Positions 39,940 to 49,868 of a DNA stretch of 64,000 bases are shown piece after piece (the first letter of the stretch is position 1; each line of letters opens with the position of its first letter). The translations under genes were made by a program, and so were the position numbers. This DNA is from an uncultured virus (IMG/VR IMGVR_UViG_3300034198_030405) (taxonomy: Duplodnaviria > Heunggongvirae > Uroviricota > Caudoviricetes). Location of the stretch: IMG/VR virus record IMGVR_UViG_3300034198_030405, one strand, 5' to 3'. The notes beneath the pieces were generated by a model. It was not told where the DNA came from, made no database searches, and was given only the letters and a program-made list of their open reading frames with translations.

Positions 39940-40949
39940 ATTAAAGATAGTAGCTGAGATTCATGGTGCATTTTTTCTCTCATTGCATAATATATTCGGG
40001 GTAAAGAATCATCCTGTATAGGATGTATTCCAATAAAAGGTATGTTACTACCAATAGCATGTACAATATTATGTTTTCTTTGGGATATAAGTAAATCTAA
40101 TTTAGATATTAATCCCTTTAATTTTAATGGTGTAAAATTTTCGTGCCAAAAATCGTTACTTACTAGTTCGAGCGGGGGTGGGGGCAAAAGTGGATATTTT
40201 TTTAAAATTGTCTCATATAACCGGTTAAAACCTGTCATATCTTGCTCATTGACAGAATTAATATGCAATGTACTTACAATTGGAATAAATCTTATTTGCT
40301 TATTAATATCATGTGCTTTTGTAGTATGTGTAAAAATAAAATGCATTAACCTGTTCTGATTAATTGTATTTTGCAGCACATCGGTCATCTGCTGTTGGCT
40401 TGTCACGGACAGTCCTATATTAAAATATTGATCATCTATTAAATAATTAAGTGAATTATCTCCCTGTATTTTATATTCTGGAAAATATGTCACTTCATCA
40501 ACATTTCTAAATCCAAGTTTGTTCCAGTAAAAAGCTGAGATCTCTTCACGCACGGAAACATGTTTTATTTTTTCCATTGCACTGATGAGTGTTTTATCTT
40601 TAAGCCATTCTATTTCTTCAATATTCGATACACCTATATTGTATATAATTGTATTTTTACATGCAGCATCATTTGACCAGTGCAAAAGATCTTTTAAGCA
40701 CGGATAGAACCCGATACCACCACCCCCAATTACAACTCGTTCAATTTCATTGCTGTACGGTACAAGCTGACTTCTTGTTGATAAGTATGTAAATTTGTAT
40801 GGTAAATGCTGAATACATTTCTCGGTAAAGTTTTTATTATGGGTGACTATAATATTATGATCTGATGTAAATTTATGCAATGCATCAATTAAACATAGCT
40901 CATCACCTAAATTTCCATACCCATAACTTCCTAAGAATAATGTTGTCAT
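39936..40949 (-). CDS. Polysaccharide pyruvyl transferase family protein
   Basis: GSYGYGNLGDE, VVIGGGG, VSVRE.IS, DLLISQRKH..VHA. Confidence 0.8.
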   Translation of the reverse strand: MTTLFLGSYGYGNLGDELCLIDALHKFTSDHNIIVTHNKNFTEKCIQHLPYKFTYLSTRSQLVPYSNEIERVVIGGGGIGFYPCLKDLLHWSNDAACKNTIIYNIGVSNIEEIEWLKDKTLISAMEKIKHVSVREEISAFYWNKLGFRNVDEVTYFPEYKIQGDNSLNYLIDDQYFNIGLSVTSQQQMTDVLQNTINQNRLMHFIFTHTTKAHDINKQIRFIPIVSTLHINSVNEQDMTGFNRLYETILKKYPLLPPPPLELVSNDFWHENFTPLKLKGLISKLDLLISQRKHNIVHAIGSNIPFIGIHPIQDDSLPRIYYAMREKMHHESQLLSLI

Positions 40950-41923
40950 AATATACTTTTCAAAATTTTTGCTACTGCGTCGTCACTGTACATTATCTCA
41001 ACTTGCTGCTTTGCATTGTCAAGATCCTTTGTGTATCCACTTTCATATAATTTTCTCATATGCAATTGAGCTTCAATTAAATTAGGATGTAACCACAAAC
41101 CGTTCCAATTGTATTGTGTATCATATTTATGGCTAACAAATTCACCACCAACTAGCATTGCAGTGTCTTCATTACAAAAATCAGTATTGCCACCATAATT
41201 GGTACAGATGATAGGTATTTTTCTTAGCATTGCTTCTGCAATATGTCTTCCAAATCCTTCTGCAGCATGAAGAGATACATAACAATCTACATCATCATAA
41301 ATTTCATCAACAGTCTCAACAAAACCATTTTTGATGGTGATGCGCACATCACCATCAATGCGCTCTGTTAAAATTCGTTGACTTCTTTCAGTTAAATCAA
41401 AAGTTTTGATAACCATTGCAACATCTTTGATATCAGCAAATACTTTCTTGAATGCATTGATTGCATGTGTAATGCCTTTGCGGTGAATAGTAAATTTGCC
41501 ATCAAATGAACAAAGAAATGTAAACATTTTTTGATTCTTCGTACATTCTCTCAAAGGCATTTCCATGCTATATGGTACCCATTTGCTATCAAAATGATTA
41601 TTTCTAAGCACCTGCTGGCAAAAGTGACTAGGCGCCCAAATCTCTTGCATGCATACTAATTTGCTTGCATCGCCAATTGGTATGACATTTGATTCACATA
41701 CAAATGTATTGATGAATGGCATATTCATAGCAGGTGTAAATCTCCATGCTGATGGTACAGGTATAATCAAGCATTTTTTAGTTTTAAAATCACTGTAATT
41801 TTTAAGGAAGGTTACATATGATACAAATTCGTGATCAATATTAGCAATGCGCAGGGGTCGCAAATACCCCTGCGCAGACATACTAATTCCTGTGTTGTTG
41901 GTTGAACTTATTACATGTATCAT
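40946..41923 (-). CDS. Glycosyltransferase, GT4-like
   Basis: EIWAPSHF, RKG...INAF, DCYVSLHAAEGFGRHIAEAM...PIICTNYGGNTDF. Confidence 0.88.
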   Translation of the reverse strand: MIHVISSTNNTGISMSAQGYLRPLRIANIDHEFVSYVTFLKNYSDFKTKKCLIIPVPSAWRFTPAMNMPFINTFVCESNVIPIGDASKLVCMQEIWAPSHFCQQVLRNNHFDSKWVPYSMEMPLRECTKNQKMFTFLCSFDGKFTIHRKGITHAINAFKKVFADIKDVAMVIKTFDLTERSQRILTERIDGDVRITIKNGFVETVDEIYDDVDCYVSLHAAEGFGRHIAEAMLRKIPIICTNYGGNTDFCNEDTAMLVGGEFVSHKYDTQYNWNGLWLHPNLIEAQLHMRKLYESGYTKDLDNAKQQVEIMYSDDAVAKILKSIL

Positions 41924-42186
41924 TTAAAAAAATCATTATCTATGACATCATCTTGTGCACCGTTTTTGATCTCATATGCGATGTCATGTTTCATGGAGTG
42001 AAAACGTTCACCAATATATTTTTCAATAGCAACTGGCTTTACCCAATCATATTTTTCTGGATCAATGCCGAGATTTCTCATTTGACCATCCGCAACTTTA
42101 ATGGCTTCAATCAGACAGTTCCATCGAACGATTTCATCGATCGACATTTTTGATGTGGGTGTTGTGCTACTGTTTATAGTATTCAT
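41920..42186 (-). CDS. Hypothetical protein
   Basis: 88-aa ORF coupled to the GT4 gene (ATGA overlap). Confidence 0.6.
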   Translation of the reverse strand: MNTINSSTTPTSKMSIDEIVRWNCLIEAIKVADGQMRNLGIDPEKYDWVKPVAIEKYIGERFHSMKHDIAYEIKNGAQDDVIDNDFFK

Positions 42187-42216
42187 ACCACACTGTATAT
42201 GTATTTTTATTTGAAA

Positions 42217-42618
42217 TCAACTGTTTTGTTGTGCAAGAATTGATGCAGCATAACCAAGAATAACTGTAGTAAATATTTCTTTTTTGAGTTTGCTATGCGA
42301 TTCAATGCATGCATTTGAATTTAAAATGTTTTTGCTCAACAAGTCAATTGCAAGTACACTTTCTTGCTTAGCAAACGCTTTGTATGCATTAGTAAGGGCA
42401 TGCATCAAACTATCAACGGTGCAATTTTTGCCATACATTTGTGCAGTTGTATAAATTGACATAATTTTTGCATAATCGTCACTCTTTGCAATTTCCTTTA
42501 TAATGCTATCTATAAGCCGTATAGCATCTTCATAATTCGCTACATTCAATTCAACAGCTTGTATTGCAGATGCAGGGGCTTCTGGTAAAGATTCGATGAA
42601 TCTACGATCTGTATTCAT
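42217..42618 (-). CDS. Hypothetical protein
   Basis: Probable start MNTDRR at 42618, overlapping the upstream stop. Confidence 0.55.
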   Translation of the reverse strand: MNTDRRFIESLPEAPASAIQAVELNVANYEDAIRLIDSIIKEIAKSDDYAKIMSIYTTAQMYGKNCTVDSLMHALTNAYKAFAKQESVLAIDLLSKNILNSNACIESHSKLKKEIFTTVILGYAASILAQQNS

Positions 42619-43048
42619 ATTTATTCTCTCTTGCAGCAGACATGGCTTGAACCATCTGCTCGTGTGTGGCATCAATGTTAATAACGTCTGTCATTAGGGC
42701 AGTGGAGGCTTGCAGATTGACACTAATGTTTTTTTCACAGTTGATGCATTTATAAAAATTGGGCTGATCCAAACGAATGGGTATAATTTGTTCTGACATG
42801 TTGGTGCACGGACATTTGAGCTTTAGTGTCTGCTTGGCTGCATCTGCAATTCGTCGTGTCAATTGCTCTTCCATCACAAGTGCAGTTTTGTTTTGCAAGT
42901 AATTGTTCATGCAACTACCTATGATGATTTGCAACAATAATGTTAACCCAGTCCCTGCCCAGAAATTTAAAACAGGGGCTATTAGAATACCTCCAACTGT
43001 GCTAATAGCTAATGCAATAATGATGGGTATCCACGGGTGCTTTTCCAT
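42602..43048 (-). CDS. Membrane protein (2 TM) with a Cys zinc-ribbon
   Basis: Hydrophobic N-terminus, then CPC...CINC. Confidence 0.6.
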   Translation of the reverse strand: MEKHPWIPIIIALAISTVGGILIAPVLNFWAGTGLTLLLQIIIGSCMNNYLQNKTALVMEEQLTRRIADAAKQTLKLKCPCTNMSEQIIPIRLDQPNFYKCINCEKNISVNLQASTALMTDVINIDATHEQMVQAMSAARENKYEYRS

Positions 43049-43056
43049 GCATTAAT

Positions 43057-43461
43057 TTATTTCCTTTTCTCAAAAGGCAAGAATGCTTCACCAAGTCTGA
43101 GCCCTGCATTAAAGATTTTTTTGGTTAATGGTCTCAAAACTCTAATTACAGAAATAATTATGAGCTTTTGATGCTCCTTGAGAGCAGGGTTATCTAATGC
43201 ACGTCTGAGATCTTCGGCAATGCCTCCCAACGAGTATACAAGTGCACCAATCTTCTGAACCATTTGATTTAGTTCGTGAGGTATCAATGGCTCTGCAACT
43301 GGCTTGTTTTGCGCAGTTGGGCTATTAATTGGAGCAACTTTCATCAAAGGCTCTATCTGGCCTTCTCCACTACTACCGGACCGACCTTTGCCTTGCCCAG
43401 TCGTATTTGCAGCGCCTGGTCCAAAACTGCGCTGCTGATTGCTCATAAAGTTATTATCCAT
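43057..43461 (-). CDS. Hypothetical protein
   Basis: TAAATA-N6-ATG. Confidence 0.55.
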   Translation of the reverse strand: MDNNFMSNQQRSFGPGAANTTGQGKGRSGSSGEGQIEPLMKVAPINSPTAQNKPVAEPLIPHELNQMVQKIGALVYSLGGIAEDLRRALDNPALKEHQKLIIISVIRVLRPLTKKIFNAGLRLGEAFLPFEKRK

Positions 43462-43495
43462 CGTGAATATTTAATGTAAAGCAATAAATATGTGC

Positions 43496-43948
43496 ATGTC
43501 AAATAAAATTTTTAGCAACGTTTTTTCAACGATCCTTGAGCAAGATGAAGGAATGCCAACACCGGCACAGGCAGCAAATAATGTCGCACAAGCAGAGACT
43601 GACTTTGCAGCTGGTGATGAAGATGCACAAACAGCTGATACAGGAGCAGATATTAGTCCAGAAGATCGCCAAATGTTACAGCATGCTGCGCAAAAAGAGG
43701 CGAAAATGATCAAAAATTTGCAAAGCTGGATTGTGCAGTTGGATGGAATGGTAGATTATCTCAATGGTACAGAGGGTAACTCCATTCAGATGCAGCTCAA
43801 ACAAGCAGTGCCCGACACCATCTTTGATAAGATGCGCACATCAGAAGCAAAGAAGATTGCTCGCGTTGCCAAAGAAATTTCTGCTCTTGCAGAAACGTTC
43901 AAAGGATATCTTGCTACCAGCAATTCGCCTAAATACCGTTTTGTGTAG
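43496..43948 (+). CDS. Hypothetical late protein
   Basis: TAAATA-N5-ATG at 43496 (MSNKIFSNVFSTILEQD). Confidence 0.6.
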   Translation: MSNKIFSNVFSTILEQDEGMPTPAQAANNVAQAETDFAAGDEDAQTADTGADISPEDRQMLQHAAQKEAKMIKNLQSWIVQLDGMVDYLNGTEGNSIQMQLKQAVPDTIFDKMRTSEAKKIARVAKEISALAETFKGYLATSNSPKYRFV

Positions 43949-44995
43949 TTACACTGGTTGAGGTATCTGTGATACCATCAATTGTGCCTGTAGCCCTTCA
44001 AATGTATTCTTTTGAATAAATTGAGGGGCTATTTCATTTAAGTTGAGTGCAATGCACACATCATTGAAGTCTTTGTATTTTATGCCAATGGTTTTTGGCC
44101 AGATAAATACCTTTTGCTTCATCTGAATAAGCTTCTGTGTTTTGAAAAAACTTGCCTTATCAATCCATTGCGAATCTAAAACCCAGATGATGTCAAAAAA
44201 CTTACAATACATATCAATCTGTTCTTGCTGCTTGTTGGAGAAGAGCATCATACTCTTTTCCTGAATGCCGCCAACTGCAATGGAGTTTTTGCAAAAGAAT
44301 GCGTTTAGTGGGCCTTCAAATACAAATGCATTTGTATAATTTGGTTGTAATTTATTGATGTTGAACAATGCTCTATCACCACCAGTTTTAGATAGATATT
44401 TGGGCAATTCATCATTTACATCTTGCAGAAAACTGCGTGACTGATAAAACACAATTTTGTTGATCATATCAACAAAAGGAATTACTATGCGATGATGATG
44501 TCCTGTTGTTTGATCTCTGTCTATGCATAGATACAAGGAGTCTGGTCTATTTACAGCGACATCCAAGCGGCGATGCTTGATGTATTCAACAGCTTTACTC
44601 ACCACATCATTATTTCTGTAAAAGTTGATCTGCATTTCATCAAACAAGTTGATGCAGTCTCCAGGTAGTGTTGGTGTTTCAATGAATCCACTTATGGCAG
44701 CAACTGCGGTATTGCAGTCAAATGTTTCATAATTGAGACTATCAAGCATAATCTCATTGTATGGCAGTCCAGTTACTTCTTTGATCCATTTATAAGCACT
44801 GCTATTCCATCCGCAGTTGTGGCAGAACACATTGTTGCGATCTGGGATATAATATAGCCTGCGCTTTTTAAGCCAGCTTTTGCCTTCTCTGCAAACAGGG
44901 CAGGAAGCTTGATATGTCTTAGTAAACCTATTGTATTTAGGTGCACCTGCAAATTGGTAAAATTTACTTATAACATATGCTTCAGGTAACTGCAT
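43949..44995 (-). CDS. gp61: DNA primase
   Basis: Zn finger CPVC...FCHNCG, RIVIPF...YQSR...PKY, and TOPRIM FEGPLNAFF. Confidence 0.92.
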   Translation of the reverse strand: MQLPEAYVISKFYQFAGAPKYNRFTKTYQASCPVCREGKSWLKKRRLYYIPDRNNVFCHNCGWNSSAYKWIKEVTGLPYNEIMLDSLNYETFDCNTAVAAISGFIETPTLPGDCINLFDEMQINFYRNNDVVSKAVEYIKHRRLDVAVNRPDSLYLCIDRDQTTGHHHRIVIPFVDMINKIVFYQSRSFLQDVNDELPKYLSKTGGDRALFNINKLQPNYTNAFVFEGPLNAFFCKNSIAVGGIQEKSMMLFSNKQQEQIDMYCKFFDIIWVLDSQWIDKASFFKTQKLIQMKQKVFIWPKTIGIKYKDFNDVCIALNLNEIAPQFIQKNTFEGLQAQLMVSQIPQPV

Positions 44996-45015
44996 TCCTG
45001 AATATAGATTGTCTG

Positions 45016-45201
45016 TTACTTCTTATCAACTGAATCAACATCTTTAATCTCAACGGTGCCTCTGTGAAAGAATACACCATTGTTGGGATCATACCAATGT
45101 GCTTCAACATGGATTTTATCACCAGTGCGGTGCTCCACAATTCTCGGAGCTACCATTGATCCAGTTGGTGATACCATCATGATGGGGCGTATATAGTTCA
45201 T
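45016..45201 (-). CDS. Small hypothetical protein
   Basis: 61 aa; TAAATA 8 nt upstream. Confidence 0.5.
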   Translation of the reverse strand: MNYIRPIMMVSPTGSMVAPRIVEHRTGDKIHVEAHWYDPNNGVFFHRGTVEIKDVDSVDKK

Positions 45202-45218
45202 ATGTATTGTATTTATGC

Positions 45219-46091
45219 TTACTTGAACATATTTACAATGTTATGTAGGCTTTTGTGTGTGTAAAATGTCTGCAGCCATTCTTGCTGCTTATCAATGATG
45301 TTGTTCATTTGATGCTTTTTGCATAGCTCCAAAAACTTTTTGAATGTGCCTGCGGTTTTTAGGTTGTCAAACTGCGCATTCATTTTATCTAATTCACCTT
45401 GCTGCCGATCATAAGAATTGTGAAGATCGGTTAAAATAAAATTCTGCTCAAGCTGCAATTTCTGCTCCTCATTAAGAACAACAGTTTTTAGCAGAATTTT
45501 CTTAGCTTTTGCAGGTGCGGCAATGCGTGCAATGTTGTCTGCAGGGTCACCAATTAAGCATTTGTATTGAACAAAATCCTCGGGCAAAACTTCTGTATAG
45601 TTCTTAAAGTTATCCATGTTTATGATGCATTTCTTATTTACATCATAAAAAGACACTTTGTTGTTGACTAGCTGCAGCAGGTCTTTGTCTGCACTAACGA
45701 TAATCATGGGAGCTTCAAGTCGACGGGTAAGATATGCAATAACATCGTCGCCCTCCATTGCAAAGGGGAAAACATTGTAGCACCCCAGAGCATCAATATA
45801 CTCTTCAATGACGCTATAATGTTGATACACCTTTTCTGTTCTCTCTGCGTCTCGGTTGGTTTTATATGTTTCAGCAGCAACAACTTTGCGGAAGCATAGT
45901 GTCGTTGGTTCCAGTTTTTTATCCCAAACACAATATACATTGTCTGGCTTGAACTTGTCAAAATAACTCTTGAGTGTGCGTAAAAAAATATATGCCTGCA
46001 GACTACCAACCTCTTGCTCATCTCCACCTGTTTTATTTGCTATCCAAAATGATCGATGAATGATGTTGCTTGCGTCAATGATTAAATTCAT
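45219..46091 (-). CDS. rnh: RNase H / 5'-3' flap exonuclease
   Basis: IIDASN, YKTNR, EGDDVIA, IVSADKDLLQL, GDPADNI. Confidence 0.92.
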   Translation of the reverse strand: MNLIIDASNIIHRSFWIANKTGGDEQEVGSLQAYIFLRTLKSYFDKFKPDNVYCVWDKKLEPTTLCFRKVVAAETYKTNRDAERTEKVYQHYSVIEEYIDALGCYNVFPFAMEGDDVIAYLTRRLEAPMIIVSADKDLLQLVNNKVSFYDVNKKCIINMDNFKNYTEVLPEDFVQYKCLIGDPADNIARIAAPAKAKKILLKTVVLNEEQKLQLEQNFILTDLHNSYDRQQGELDKMNAQFDNLKTAGTFKKFLELCKKHQMNNIIDKQQEWLQTFYTHKSLHNIVNMFK

Positions 46092-46353
46092 TTTTTTCGT
46101 ATTGTTTGATGGTTACTTTATATACATCTGCAGGAGATGTTTGAACAAAGTCAAGAATACCATTTTCTATACCGAAATCAAATTTTTCTTTTAAAATTTT
46201 CCTGTTGGTGCACGTAGGAAGAGAGAGAAAGCAAAGGCTATCTCTCTCTTCTTTTATAAACACCAGCATTTCACCCAAGTACGTCCCCTTGGTTACAGCA
46301 AAAATTTTTCTATGATGTTTATGCTTAAACAGATTGTTAAAGATTGTTGTCAT
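46075..46353 (-). CDS. Hypothetical protein
   Basis: Tightly packed in the replication operon. Confidence 0.55.
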   Translation of the reverse strand: MTTIFNNLFKHKHHRKIFAVTKGTYLGEMLVFIKEERDSLCFLSLPTCTNRKILKEKFDFGIENGILDFVQTSPADVYKVTIKQYEKNEFNH

Positions 46354-46708
46354 TGTTAAAATGTGACATCATAATGTAATTTTGTACTGCATGCGCAAGT
46401 GCATCAGCTTCCATGCCTGTTTTTGCAAATATAATTCTAATGGGCGTTCCTTCAAAATCATAACCAATGAGCATATAGCTGGCAAGAAATTCACTCAAAG
46501 TAGCAATGACTGCCTGTGCACATTCTTCCTTGTACATTTTTTCTTTGCCATGAGCTGCTTGCTGCATGAGAGCTTCATGAATTAAAGTATTCAACACCTG
46601 TCGCTCATCAGGTGTTAGTTTTTCTTTAGCAGTATTTTTTGTTTTGGTGCTCGCAGAAACAGCGGCACCGGAAAGGCCTGCAGATTTACTGTTTTGTCGT
46701 TTTTTCAT
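46337..46708 (-). CDS. Hypothetical protein
   Basis: Probable start MKKRQN at 46708. Confidence 0.55.
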   Translation of the reverse strand: MKKRQNSKSAGLSGAAVSASTKTKNTAKEKLTPDERQVLNTLIHEALMQQAAHGKEKMYKEECAQAVIATLSEFLASYMLIGYDFEGTPIRIIFAKTGMEADALAHAVQNYIMMSHFNNDNNL

Positions 46709-47030
46709 ACACAGAAGTTTTTGCACTGGGCACCACACCCCTGCTAATAAGATGTGTAATAATTATTTCAATGGAATCAGTTTTGATGCTATAATTTTTC
46801 GGAAATAAAACACCACCATCATTAAATTCGTACATAATATCATTAGCAAATTCTTTGTTTTGATAGCATGTGATGTATACACTATGGATGCCTGGCTCTA
46901 CGAGAATGGTCCAGCGACGTGTGTCAGTTGCTGCATATTCATTGAAGATGCGATAGGTTATAAATTTATTATCCTTGAGTCGCTTGACAAAATATCCAAG
47001 AGTGTTTATTTTATTGTGTTGTTTCTTCAT
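46686..47030 (-). CDS. Hypothetical protein
   Basis: Coupled to the clamp gene (ATGA overlap). Confidence 0.6.
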   Translation of the reverse strand: MKKQHNKINTLGYFVKRLKDNKFITYRIFNEYAATDTRRWTILVEPGIHSVYITCYQNKEFANDIMYEFNDGGVLFPKNYSIKTDSIEIIITHLISRGVVPSAKTSVYEKTTKQ

Positions 47031-47743
47031 GAAGTAAAGGAAGATGTGATATACTTTAATTTATGTCTCTTGTTTATAATATCAATAGCGATTACACCGA
47101 GAGATGTATTGATGTTAATATTGATTGTGCTTTCACTATTAAAATTGATGCTTCTAAAGAAATCAAGATTAAGTGGTACTGCATCAAAGGGCACAGAGCA
47201 TTTTGCAAACTCAAATTGAATGCTATCAACATTTGATCTTGATCGATCTGTTAGATCTGCAAATACTGTATCACCATCACATGATAGATATACTTTGTTG
47301 CTGTCTGTACTAAATGCACTAAACTTAGTCAAGTCAATCAATTTTGCAGCAGTAGGCTTGAATACAATGTTAAAATTAAATTCACTAATTTTTTTAATGT
47401 TGATGGCTGGTTGATTAATAATACCATTATCAAGCAAGTGATATTTAAATCGTAATGCAGGTGATTTATATTCAAGATTGTTTGCATTTATTGCAAACCC
47501 TGGTGTATCTTCACTAATTTGATCTACAGCCTTGCTAAGCTTCATCAAGCTCGGAATATTCAGGAAGCCATCATATTTTGATTCAATTTCAAATGTACCA
47601 TATGCAATGGTGACATTATCTGGTGAACCTGTGAGACATGTCAGTGTATTTTGATTGATGGCAAAAATAGCAGCATCGTTGATTTTAACTAAGCTTTTTA
47701 TGTATGCACCAAATTCTTTTTTATCCAAATAAATTGAATTCAT
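47027..47743 (-). CDS. gp45: DNA polymerase sliding clamp
   Basis: 238 aa with a clamp-like alternating alpha/beta pattern (LNIPSLMKLSKAV, FKYHLLD); located between SSB and RNase H. Confidence 0.7.
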   Translation of the reverse strand: MNSIYLDKKEFGAYIKSLVKINDAAIFAINQNTLTCLTGSPDNVTIAYGTFEIESKYDGFLNIPSLMKLSKAVDQISEDTPGFAINANNLEYKSPALRFKYHLLDNGIINQPAINIKKISEFNFNIVFKPTAAKLIDLTKFSAFSTDSNKVYLSCDGDTVFADLTDRSRSNVDSIQFEFAKCSVPFDAVPLNLDFFRSINFNSESTINININTSLGVIAIDIINKRHKLKYITSSFTS

Positions 47744-47749
47744 GTATAA

Positions 47750-48337
47750 CTATACCTGCACATTTTCAGTATTCCAGGCTACTTTTGCCTGTGTTTCATT
47801 GACACCTTTGGAAACATTTCCACATGTTTGACATGTGTATTGATACAATGTATCTTGTGTTTGCTCACCTTTAGGCTTACCGCCACACAAACTGCAGTCT
47901 ACAAATGTTATTTTTTTTGGCTTCTTGACTGCAGGTGCTGTCTCTATAGTTTTAATTGCTTTTGTGTGCTCAGTTAGCAGTTTGCGAATATCAAACAAAA
48001 CATTATAAATGTCTTTGAGTATGATATTTGCATCATCTTTAAACGTAAATTCAAGCTGATCAGTTTGTGGTGGCTGATAGAGTGGTAGCTGTTGTGCAGC
48101 AGGCTGCATTTGTGGTTGCATCTGCATGGGCATTGTCTCAACGGGAGACATCTCCGTTGGAGGCACATAAGCGGCCTCCAACGGAGATGTTGCTAACTGT
48201 TTGAATGTTTTTTCGAGCTCTGCGCTACGACCGCCAAACTTTGCACTACTACCTACTGAAGCAATGTTAGTGTCAATTTCTTTCATCTGACCATACATTT
48301 GGCCTATGAAGTTTAGGATGGCGTTTTTTTCATTCAT
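47750..48337 (-). CDS. Hypothetical protein with a C-terminal Lar-like zinc ribbon
   Basis: CSLCGG...YTCQTCG...AKVAWN. Confidence 0.55.
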   Translation of the reverse strand: MNEKNAILNFIGQMYGQMKEIDTNIASVGSSAKFGGRSAELEKTFKQLATSPLEAAYVPPTEMSPVETMPMQMQPQMQPAAQQLPLYQPPQTDQLEFTFKDDANIILKDIYNVLFDIRKLLTEHTKAIKTIETAPAVKKPKKITFVDCSLCGGKPKGEQTQDTLYQYTCQTCGNVSKGVNETQAKVAWNTENVQV

Positions 48338-48340
48338 AAT

Positions 48341-49204
48341 TTATGCAGAGAGTTCTTCAATCAGTTTGCGCATTTTTTCATCATCATCTTCATCATCAAT
48401 GGACTCGACTCCCACTGCATCAGTGGATTCACCGAACTGCTTTGCATGTGTGCTTTGTTCAGACGCAACTGCTGCTCTTGCTAATGGTGCAGCAGGTGTA
48501 GCAGATGAGCAGTAGTAATGTTCATCGAGAATTTTCTTGATATCATCATATGACCGGACATTGAATACCTTGTCAAGCTCTTTAGTTGAGTTATAGATCT
48601 CTTCAATCTGATTTTCGGATAGCTTCAAATCAATGGGGCTTGTGAAGCGGCTTGCAGTATAATTTGCATAACCACCTTGATCTTCAACCTTGACTTTGAG
48701 ATTGACACCTGTGGAAGAAAGATCAAATACTTTTGCACCAAACTCGTCTGCATCTTCACCGCTAATTGCATTGTTGATAATGTTGTAGAGCTGCTTGCCA
48801 AAACGAATAATCTTGACCTTGCCATTGTTCTCAGGATTTGTCGGATCTGATACCACATATACATTCATGATCCAGCGATCACTTCTGCGAATGTTCTTGA
48901 TCTTTTCCTTTTCTGTTTCAGTACCATTGCGGTAAACGCGTATGCGTTCCTCTGCTACTGGATCACGTTCATTCCAGCTAGTGGGTGAAATAATACTTGT
49001 GTATGCTCCTGTAGCAAAGCTATTCCATCCAAAGGTGGAATATTTGAACCAAGTCTTATCAGGATCTTGAATAAAAGGAAGCAAACGAATTACGTACGTA
49101 TTGCCCTTTTCAAAAGAAATAATATCTCTTGTGCCGGTATTTTGTTTTTGTTGCTTATTAATAGCATCTCTAATGCTATCGAACATGGATGTATTGTATT
49201 TCAT
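48341..49204 (-). CDS. gp32: Single-stranded DNA-binding protein
   Basis: VIRLLP, NVYVVSDPTNPENNGKVKIIRFGKQL, FDL...GVNLKVK, NYTASRF, acidic tail. Confidence 0.93.
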   Translation of the reverse strand: MKYNTSMFDSIRDAINKQQKQNTGTRDIISFEKGNTYVIRLLPFIQDPDKTWFKYSTFGWNSFATGAYTSIISPTSWNERDPVAEERIRVYRNGTETEKEKIKNIRRSDRWIMNVYVVSDPTNPENNGKVKIIRFGKQLYNIINNAISGEDADEFGAKVFDLSSTGVNLKVKVEDQGGYANYTASRFTSPIDLKLSENQIEEIYNSTKELDKVFNVRSYDDIKKILDEHYYCSSATPAAPLARAAVASEQSTHAKQFGESTDAVGVESIDDEDDDEKMRKLIEELSA

Positions 49205-49211
49205 AGTTATT

Positions 49212-49868
49212 TTAGTTTGTCTGTGTGGTTGGGTATTTTATTTGTTGTTTGAGAATATCAAGACCATTACGTGCAAGTTGTTTGCATTTATTGGAAGTGA
49301 CAAACATAGTTCTGTGGCGGGTAATGTCCTTAAAAAATTCATCTCCTAAAATCATTACCATGGCATCGCTATGCTTCATTATTTTATTATCAAAGTCAGA
49401 AAATGCAAGTAATAAATATATGCATACATTGAAGTTTTTTAAATGAATAGCAAACCATGGGACACCTGCAGGTGACTCTGCATCAAGGTATTGATCAACT
49501 GCTAAATTATTTTGTTTGCAAAATTTATGAACATATAACAGTGATGATTTGATAAAATCAATCACCCAGTCATCATCTGCCCTGTTGAGCTTATTACCAA
49601 TGTATGCATGGTACATTTTTATAGCTCGCATGCTCTTAAAAAATGTTATTGATTGAAAGTCCGTATCTTTAAACCCTGCATTAAAAAAGTCATTAATGCG
49701 TATATCTGGAAAGGATATAAAAAACTCAGACAGCTGCTTTAAGCATACTTGTGTTTCATCGTCTATATTATCAAAGTTTTTACGTAGTGTATATGGCTTG
49801 CCTTTACGCTGCGCTTTTAGATATTCATTATATATATGCTTATCGAAATCACTTAAGTGCATTTGCAT
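49212..49868 (-). CDS. Hypothetical replication protein (position like a gp59 helicase loader)
   Basis: Upstream of gp32; start moved to MQMHL at 49868. The loader idea is positional only. Confidence 0.5.
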   Translation of the reverse strand: MQMHLSDFDKHIYNEYLKAQRKGKPYTLRKNFDNIDDETQVCLKQLSEFFISFPDIRINDFFNAGFKDTDFQSITFFKSMRAIKMYHAYIGNKLNRADDDWVIDFIKSSLLYVHKFCKQNNLAVDQYLDAESPAGVPWFAIHLKNFNVCIYLLLAFSDFDNKIMKHSDAMVMILGDEFFKDITRHRTMFVTSNKCKQLARNGLDILKQQIKYPTTQTN

